DNA of 6,031 nucleotides from a virus. The position numbers were made by a program, and so were the translations under genes. Below, one piece after another: positions 1 through 4,993 of the stretch. Numbering within the stretch: the stretch's first letter is position 1; the number at the start of each line of letters is the position of its first letter. Where the stretch lies: positions 1 to 6,031 of the IMG/VR virus record IMGVR_UViG_3300020029_000010. One strand, given 5' to 3'. The notes under the pieces are model-generated. The model searched no databases. It saw only the letters and a program-made list of their open reading frames with translations, and was not told the DNA's origin.

Positions 1-121
1 GACCCCTGCCGCCGTTTTAGGCTCTTCTGGTGTTGGCGTAAATGCCACTATGTCAGGCGGTTCCTCGCCCATGCCTTCTGCCTCTGGCCCCTCCGGCGGT
101 GCTCCGATTGCTCCCGGTGGC
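1..121. repeat. Terminal direct repeat, identical to 5911-6031 (overlap from circular-contig closure)
   Basis: Block-by-block comparison by hand: gacccctgcc gccgttttag gctcttctgg tgttggcgta aatgccacta tgtcaggcgg ttcctcgccc atgccttctg cctctggccc ctccggcggt gctccgattg ctcccggtgg c is present at both ends. Confidence 0.97.
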
Positions 122-961
122 TTCGCTCCTGTTGACCCTACTTCTATTGCTCAAAATATGATGGCACAATCTACAATTGATCGTAATACTGCTGCCGCTA
201 ACCGAGATGACGCAGAGGCCGCTAATCTTCGAGGTAACACTCACACACAAGAGTGGCGAGAGCGAATGGATAAATTTGAATTGCAGATTGCCGAGCACCA
301 TGTTAAGGACGCTCGTGAGCTTGCTAACCTTCGTGAGGCGCAGGCTCAAATTGTCGCAATTGACGCTTATTTGTCCAATATCACACAAGGTTATAAGATG
401 TCTTCCATCATGGCTATGGCTGGCATCCTGGAGGAAAAGTACGAGAATCTTCGCAAAACTAATGATTGGTTTGAGCCCGAGGCCGGTGCCGCGCTCGCAG
501 TTGCCTGGTCCTCGGCCATTGCTAACGTTTCCGCTGCTGCTGAGTCTGAATCCCGGACCAAGCTTAACTACCAGGAACTCAAGGATTTGCAGAATTGGTT
601 TGAACTCAACTGGGAGAAGGAAGTGCCTGTTCAGATTCGCAACGATAAAGGTGAGGTTGTCGAGACGAAGATGATGAAAGTTGCTGAAACTACGTCTATT
701 TTGAAGACTGCTGCCGCAGAAGCCGCTCAACTTGAGGTAGGTAACACTCGTTGGGATTTGCGCAATTCCAGGCTTCGCCTTGCTCACGACGTTGTTCGCT
801 CCTTTGCTACTGCCGCAGGTGTTGCTGGTGCTGCGTACGCTAGTCGTAAGGCTGCTGGTCCTACCGGTCCGGAAGGCTATGAGGAGGTAAAGGAGATTTA
901 CAGCCCCTATGGTGACAAGAATGGTAGTATTTATACCCGTCGTAGCTATTCTGGGAAATAA
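1..961 (+). CDS. VP2: VP2-like DNA pilot / minor capsid protein, C-terminal part (first full codon at 2, TAA stop 959-961). Continues from 5621-5910 on the circle; the full gene is 1,251 nt, 416 aa
   Basis: The frame is open from base 2, the same frame as listed ORF 50-961. It has a Gly/Ser/Pro-rich linker (GGSSPMPSASGPSGGAPIAPGGF), then a long heptad-like charged helical region (EWRERMDKFELQIAEHHVKDARELANLREAQAQ) and an Ala/Gly-rich tail. This architecture and size match microvirus pilot proteins (phiX174 H / gokushovirus VP2), as does its position after the capsid-side genes. Confidence 0.8.
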   Translation, partial: TPAAVLGSSGVGVNATMSGGSSPMPSASGPSGGAPIAPGGFAPVDPTSIAQNMMAQSTIDRNTAAANRDDAEAANLRGNTHTQEWRERMDKFELQIAEHHVKDARELANLREAQAQIVAIDAYLSNITQGYKMSSIMAMAGILEEKYENLRKTNDWFEPEAGAALAVAWSSAIANVSAAAESESRTKLNYQELKDLQNWFELNWEKEVPVQIRNDKGEVVETKMMKVAETTSILKTAAAEAAQLEVGNTRWDLRNSRLRLAHDVVRSFATAAGVAGAAYASRKAAGPTGPEGYEEVKEIYSPYGDKNGSIYTRRSYSGK

Positions 962-1044
962 TGAACAATTTCTCCAACCTTTTGAACTTTACTACTCGTC
1001 CTTTTTGTCGTATATTTGTACTGTAAACCAATAACCACACTACC

Positions 1045-1365
1045 ATGAAAAAGTCTAACAAAAGTGTTAGAATCAACGAGTTGATGATCGACGTTGTAGA
1101 GTATGCATTCACTGAGTGGCTCGTCCGTCGAGGAATATTTTCCGCTTTTAAGGCGAATTATGAGCATGCTTTCGCGCCTTACAAGAGCTTTCGTGATCGC
1201 CTGCGTTCCCACATTCGACACTCTTTTAACGGTCCCGGTTTCGGCCCTAGCCACCTCGTCTCCTCTTCGTTCCTGTTTACTTCGACACCTGAAGGTGTTA
1301 AATTTTGGGGCAAGCAATCTGCTGCCTGGGAACGCTTTTGTTCTGAACTTCAAGTAAAACTTTAA
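1045..1365 (+). CDS. Hypothetical protein, 106 aa (ORFan; basic N-terminus; C-terminal FTSTPEGVKFWGKQSAAWERF segment)
   Basis: ATG start and TAA stop. Same strand and same T-ending codon style (cgt, gct, tct, ttt) as the core genes. It fills the space between VP2 and the next ORF with only an 11-nt gap. I recognise no family. Confidence 0.6.
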   Translation: MKKSNKSVRINELMIDVVEYAFTEWLVRRGIFSAFKANYEHAFAPYKSFRDRLRSHIRHSFNGPGFGPSHLVSSSFLFTSTPEGVKFWGKQSAAWERFCSELQVKL

Positions 1366-1376
1366 ATCACATTATT

Positions 1377-1700
1377 ATGACACAGATTCACATTGTCGTC
1401 CGGCGAATTAGTCCGGTCCTTAAGGTTGACCTCGTCCAGATAGGTCGTCTCAAAGATGGTCAGTTTGACCCGCTCCCTCTCGGTGCTATCGCGAATACTC
1501 CTATTGCACGCTTCTTGGAGAATTCGGATATCAGTGATTCACTCTACGTCAACCACTCGAAAATAGCGGACCTTATTGCCGCTTGTGAAGGCCTTCCTGG
1601 CTTCGGCGTCGAGTTTTTTGACAATACGATAGTTCTTATGTTTGATTTTAATCTCAACTACGATGAAGGCGCGACGAAAGAAGAAGGGAAAGGGCACTAA
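1377..1700 (+). CDS. Hypothetical protein, 107 aa (ORFan; acidic C-terminal tail DEGATKEEGKGH)
   Basis: ATG start and TAA stop, tightly following ORF 1045-1365. Codon style is consistent with the rest of the genome. I recognise no family. Confidence 0.58.
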   Translation: MTQIHIVVRRISPVLKVDLVQIGRLKDGQFDPLPLGAIANTPIARFLENSDISDSLYVNHSKIADLIAACEGLPGFGVEFFDNTIVLMFDFNLNYDEGATKEEGKGH

Positions 1701-1746
1701 AGTTGTGACCCGCCCGCTTGGTGGAAGAGTTCTTTGATGCAGTGGA

Positions 1747-1772
1747 CCTGTGGGAGACTCTTCTCCTACAGG
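1747..1772 (+). repeat. Hairpin: CCTGTGGGAG / CTCCTACAGG, 10-bp stem (one G.T pair), 6-nt loop ACTCTT
   Basis: Hand pairing runs from 1747-1772 inward to 1756-1763; only 1752/1767 is non-Watson-Crick. It lies 47 nt after the stop of ORF 1377-1700. Confidence 0.7.
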
Positions 1773-1794
1773 CTCCCTCTTTATCATATGTCTT

Positions 1795-1890
1795 CGAGCC
1801 GTTAAGAGCGCGGCGAGTAAGTGTTTCCGGAGCCGATGATATCGCGGACGCGAGATCGAGGCCCGAAACAGCGCAGCCCGCTTAGGCTCG
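1795..1890 (+). repeat. Long-range inverted repeat CGAGCC(gt)TAAG / CTTAGGCTCG (10 bp with a 2-nt bulge) enclosing hairpin 1824-1868
   Basis: 1795-1800 pairs with 1885-1890 and 1803-1806 pairs with 1881-1884. Together with the inner hairpin this would give a ~96-nt rod- or Y-like fold. Confidence 0.45.
1824..1868 (+). repeat. Extended imperfect hairpin, about 16 Watson-Crick pairs plus 1 wobble, GGAC tetraloop at 1846-1849
   Basis: Hand pairing: 1824-1827/1865-1868, 1829-1830/1863-1864, 1832-1834/1860-1862, 1837-1840/1855-1858 and 1842-1845/1850-1853, with single-nt bulges at 1828 and 1831 and small internal loops. Confidence 0.6.
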
Positions 1891-1901
1891 TGTTATGTAA
1901 A

Positions 1902-2114
1902 ATGTTTTTAGTCATGGATTATTTCGATTTTAGACCTAGGTTTTCACCGGTCGTTGATTGCGTTCCCTACCGTTTTTCTGTTGGTGCATACCGTGGCAAA
2001 AGACGTGTTGTTATTGCCTGGTTTTCCGATGAGACTGCCGCAGCCGACTATCTTGTCCGCTGTCGCCGTGATCATCCTCGTGTTAAATTTGATTGCCTTC
2101 AAAGTCTACTGTAA
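1902..2114 (+). CDS. Small basic hypothetical protein, 70 aa (MFLVMDYFDFRPRF...); its stop overlaps the VP4 start
   Basis: This is the first ATG of listed ORF 1821-2114; an alternative ATG lies at 1914. About 12 Arg/Lys against 8 Asp/Glu. TAA 2112-2114 shares base 2114 with ATG 2114-2116 (TAATG), which suggests translational coupling to VP4. Confidence 0.5.
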   Translation: MFLVMDYFDFRPRFSPVVDCVPYRFSVGAYRGKRRVVIAWFSDETAAADYLVRCRRDHPRVKFDCLQSLL

Positions 2115-3184
2115 TGCCTTGCTCGTCGCCCATATGGATACGTAACCGTCGTTATTTTGACAAGAAGAACCCCTGTCGTAACGGCTCTGATGTTGCTAAG
2201 TCCGCTCTGGCTCTCCGTCCCTGGGATATTGCCCGTCAGTGGCTCATGGTCCCGTGCGGGAAGTGTGAAGACTGCCTACGTCGTCAGCGTAACGATTGGT
2301 TCGTTCGACTCGAGCGCGAGCTTGCTCGTTGTAAGGCTGATAGCCAGCAGGCTATTTTTATTACAATAACGATTGCTCCGAAGCATTATGATAAAGCCTT
2401 GCTTGATCCGTCCTGGTTTATTCGGAAATTCAACGAACGCTTACGTCACAAGCTCGGTCATTCGTTTAAACACGCTTTTTTTCAGGAGTTTGGCACCCAC
2501 CCACAAACCGGCACTGAACCTCGATTGCATTTTCATGGCTTTTTGTTTGGCACAAACGTTCTCTATAATACGATTCGTTCTGCCGTTCGAGACCTTGGTT
2601 TCGTGTGGCTCGCGAAAGCAACTCACAAACGTGCTCGTTATTGCGTTAAGTATGTTACTAAGCAAATTCAATTTAACCCCGATGAAATTTCGGACAAATA
2701 TGTTACCGTGAATGGAAACTCTACAGCTCTATCTTGCCTCCTCCAGCATCGCCGTTATACGCGAAAATTCGTATCTGCTGGCGTTGGTGATTTTCTTGGT
2801 TATATGCCTCGCCCTTCTTCTCGTGTCTCGTCGTGGTCTTATTTTGATCCTGAGAAGCGTATCAATTACAATTACTCGATCCCTCGATATTATCTTAAAT
2901 ACCTTAAATCAGAAGACGACGTTGCTCGTTCGATTACTGCTGCTGATGCTTATTCACGTTTTAGCAAGTCTTCTCTGGTTAAGCGTATTGTGTCTCTGTG
3001 TGTTGAACGGTTCAATCTCAATTCCTCCGTATCCCGTAGAGAGACGTATACATGGGAGCAAAAGCAAATAATGCATTTCTCTGCTTCCTCTCGCAAGATG
3101 CCTGATTTCGATCCCCCTACCTGGCTAGACTTGGATATTCTCCAATTCTGGCAGACTCATTACAAACTTCAACTAAACATTTAA
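2114..3184 (+). CDS. VP4: VP4 replication initiation protein (HUH rolling-circle endonuclease, phiX174 gpA-like), 356 aa from ATG 2114
   Basis: Motif 1-like IFITITI. The HUH motif is RLHFHGFLF (cat ttt cat at 2528-2536). The double-tyrosine catalytic motif YCVKYVTK (2639-2662) compares with phiX174 gpA YVAKYVNK. An N-terminal Cys cluster PCGKCEDC (2255-2275) is common in gokushovirus-type VP4. The listed ORF begins at TTG 2093; I prefer ATG 2114. Confidence 0.92.
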   Translation: MPCSSPIWIRNRRYFDKKNPCRNGSDVAKSALALRPWDIARQWLMVPCGKCEDCLRRQRNDWFVRLERELARCKADSQQAIFITITIAPKHYDKALLDPSWFIRKFNERLRHKLGHSFKHAFFQEFGTHPQTGTEPRLHFHGFLFGTNVLYNTIRSAVRDLGFVWLAKATHKRARYCVKYVTKQIQFNPDEISDKYVTVNGNSTALSCLLQHRRYTRKFVSAGVGDFLGYMPRPSSRVSSWSYFDPEKRINYNYSIPRYYLKYLKSEDDVARSITAADAYSRFSKSSLVKRIVSLCVERFNLNSSVSRRETYTWEQKQIMHFSASSRKMPDFDPPTWLDLDILQFWQTHYKLQLNI

Positions 3185-3187
3185 TTT

Positions 3188-4981
3188 ATGGGAAAACAAC
3201 CTTTTATTTCGCATGCCGTAAATGGTTACTCTCGATACGACGTTCCTGAGAGTAAGGCTTTTACGTGCACACCGGGTATTCTGTATCCGGTGCGTATTGA
3301 TTTTATTAACGCTCGAGATCGCATATCTATTGAGCAAGGCATCGACGTTCGTAGTAATCCGCTCGCTGTTCCGTCATTCAATCCTTATACTATCCGGCTT
3401 CACCGCTTTTGGGTGCCGCTTCAGTTGTATCATCCTGAGCTGAGGACGAATAGCAGTAAGTTCGACATGAATGGCCTGAGTTTGAATTTCGTTGCCGCCT
3501 CGACAACCGGGTCTTATGAGTACACCGACCATAACTACCCCTATTCCAATTCGTTACTTCGTTGGTTACGCATTGTTCCCGCCTCTATTCCAGTGACAAC
3601 TTCTAGCAACGTCCCCATGTCGGCCAACCTTTCGACTGCTCAATTAGGATATCCTTTAGGTTGGTGTACCGCTGATTCTTACCTTGCTTATTGGGATATC
3701 GTTCGCAATTACTACGGTTATTCCCAGTGGGGACTCTATTCTTTTGCTTGGCCCAGTAGCTGGCATTTCATCCCTAACAATACTGGTACCACATATAATG
3801 TCCTTCAGTTTAGTGATACACCGACATTTTTCTCGCAAAGATTCGGAAGTCTTGAATTCCTCGATGCTTATTACGAGAGTCAGTTCTATCCTTCGGCTGT
3901 GCCGTCGTCAAATAATACATATAACAGAGGAAACCTTTTTTCTCAGATAGTGCTTTCAGACCTCGGCGCCACGATTACTGCCTCCAAAGATGGCTATCCC
4001 GTCTCTACTATTTATCCCGGAAGTACTTCGTTGTCCACTACGGGTCCCGCAAATCAATTTTCTACCGACGCTGGCACTACGACTGTTACTACGCTTGGGT
4101 CGTTCCTTGTTGCCCATCCGATGGCCGTTGTACCTGCGAACCCCGATCGCTACAGTCGATTGCTTCCTGTTGGTAGTTCCGAAGGTGTTTCAATGTCCGG
4201 CGTCTCAACCATACCTCAGCTGGCTATTGCTTCGCGCCTTCAGGAGTACAAGGATTTGCTTGGCGCTGGTGGTAGTCGTTATAGTGATTGGCTGGAAACG
4301 TTTTTTGCTTCTAAAATTGAGCATGTCGATAGGCCTAAGCTGCTTTTTAGCGCTTCGCAAACCGTTAACGTTCAAGTTGTTATGAATCAGTCTGGCGCTA
4401 ACAATTTCCAAGGCGATCAATTCTCTATGCCTGCCCTCGGCCAGCAGGGCGGTGCTATCGCTTTTAACGATCGCCTCGGTCGCCGGCAGTCTTACTACTT
4501 CCGTGAGCCCGGTTATATGATTGATATGTTGAGCATTCGACCCGTTTACTATTGGGCAGGTGTTTACCCCGATTACCTTCACTATACTGGCGCTGATTAT
4601 TTTAATCCGATCTATAATGATATTGGATATCAGGATGTTCCCGGGTTCCAATTCGGTTTCGGCACCACCTCCGCCTCGGAAGCTGTGGCTTACGAACCGT
4701 GTTTTAACGAGTTCCGATCCTCGTACGACGAGGTTCTTGGCCAACTATCTCGATTCCAAGGCACTGCTGGCAGTTTGCCTCTCTATTCTTATTGGGTTCA
4801 ACAACGCGTTTTGTCGGCGAGCTACAACCAGTATTACTCCCTTTTGTTCGTAGATATTGATCAGGTAAATTCTCCGTTTGTCTCCAAGCGTGAGGATAAC
4901 TTCTTCATCAACCTTTCGTATTCTGTTCAGAAGAAGAACTTGGTCAATAAGACGTTCGCAACCCGTTTGTCTAATCGCTAA
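3188..4981 (+). CDS. VP1: VP1 major capsid protein (phiX174 gpF-like jelly roll), 597 aa
   Basis: The N-terminal pattern (G-x-L-x-P, then a loop, then RLHRFWVPLQLY) parallels the F-protein family FFVP/FYVP-x-R block. An internal GGSRYSDWLETFF block (around 4268-4310) resembles the conserved GG-x-RY-x-E-x-L-x-x-xFG block of gokushovirus VP1. The C-terminal FFINLSYSVQKKNLVNKTFATRL is a typical last strand. The size fits non-phiX microviruses. Confidence 0.92.
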   Translation: MGKQPFISHAVNGYSRYDVPESKAFTCTPGILYPVRIDFINARDRISIEQGIDVRSNPLAVPSFNPYTIRLHRFWVPLQLYHPELRTNSSKFDMNGLSLNFVAASTTGSYEYTDHNYPYSNSLLRWLRIVPASIPVTTSSNVPMSANLSTAQLGYPLGWCTADSYLAYWDIVRNYYGYSQWGLYSFAWPSSWHFIPNNTGTTYNVLQFSDTPTFFSQRFGSLEFLDAYYESQFYPSAVPSSNNTYNRGNLFSQIVLSDLGATITASKDGYPVSTIYPGSTSLSTTGPANQFSTDAGTTTVTTLGSFLVAHPMAVVPANPDRYSRLLPVGSSEGVSMSGVSTIPQLAIASRLQEYKDLLGAGGSRYSDWLETFFASKIEHVDRPKLLFSASQTVNVQVVMNQSGANNFQGDQFSMPALGQQGGAIAFNDRLGRRQSYYFREPGYMIDMLSIRPVYYWAGVYPDYLHYTGADYFNPIYNDIGYQDVPGFQFGFGTTSASEAVAYEPCFNEFRSSYDEVLGQLSRFQGTAGSLPLYSYWVQQRVLSASYNQYYSLLFVDIDQVNSPFVSKREDNFFINLSYSVQKKNLVNKTFATRLSNR

Positions 4982-4993
4982 TACTTTGATCTT

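Larger units (their letters stand above)
1701..1901 (+). promoter_or_regulatory. GC-rich, hairpin-dense non-coding region; candidate complementary-strand origin, terminator or attP-type element
   Basis: This is the longest stretch without a convincing ATG-initiated ORF. G+C is about 55% by hand count (111 of 200), and the flanking coding sequence looks more T-rich. It contains the inverted repeats listed separately (1747-1772, 1824-1868, 1795-1806/1881-1890). Confidence 0.5.

Noticed and set aside
177-674. 165-aa alternative-frame ORF on the + strand inside VP2
   Set aside because: It is Leu/Arg/Ser/Pro-rich with no recognisable features. It is most simply explained as an open shifted frame of a T-rich-third-position gene. 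There is no evidence of overprinting.
53-787. 244-aa ORF on the minus strand
   Set aside because: It is entirely antisense to the well-supported VP2 frame. It is rich in Ser/Leu/Arg/Gly, as expected for the reverse complement of a GCN/GGN-rich gene. It has no independent start context, and microvirus genes are all on the viral strand.
982-1016. Sigma70-like promoter TTGAAC (982-987) / TATATT (1011-1016) in the VP2-ORF106 spacer
   Set aside because: The spacer is 23 nt, well outside the 16-18 nt window for sigma70 promoters. Only the Bacteroides-type reading of TATATTTG is retained, and that at low confidence.
946-1353. 135-aa minus-strand ORF, plus the 84-aa + strand alternative-frame ORF at 1103-1357
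   Set aside because: Both overlap ORF 1045-1365, which is on the same strand as all the core genes and shares their codon style. The minus-strand ORF would be the only antisense gene in the genome.
1539-1787. 82-aa minus-strand ORF spanning the end of ORF107 and part of the intergenic region
   Set aside because: It is antisense and its composition is low-complexity Arg/Pro/Phe. It runs through hairpin 1747-1772, which explains this stretch better as a structural element.
1833-1868. Hammerhead-ribozyme-like elements (CCGATGA ... hairpin ... GAAA)
   Set aside because: The core would need CUGAnGA, and position U4 is a C here. The GAAA at 1865-1868 is separated from the helix II candidate by 9 nt rather than being adjacent. 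I could not build helices I and III around a cleavage triplet.
1821-1901. GTG-initiated N-terminal extension of ORF 1821-2114 (MFPEPMISRTRDRGPKQRSPLRLVLCK)
   Set aside because: The extension would be translated straight through the extended hairpin 1824-1868 and the long-range stem. It is Arg/Pro-rich, typical of GC-rich non-coding sequence, and all other genes use ATG. I start the CDS at ATG 1902. The extension cannot be strictly excluded.
1701-1901. Possible tRNA or other known small RNA gene in the GC-rich spacer
   Set aside because: I could not find a GTTCGAATC-type T-loop, a D-arm consensus, or a 7-bp acceptor stem with cloverleaf spacing. tRNAscan or Infernal should still be run for completeness.
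1887-2085. 9-bp direct repeat CTCGTGTTA at 1887-1895 and 2077-2085, flanking the small basic ORF
   Set aside because: Dozens of 9-mer repeats are expected by chance in about 6 kb. There is no extended similarity around either copy.
2093-2113. TTG start at 2093 for VP4, as drawn in the ORF track
   Set aside because: ATG 2114 gives the TAATG stop-start overlap with the upstream ORF, and every other gene uses ATG. The seven extra residues (MPSKSTV) carry no recognisable feature.
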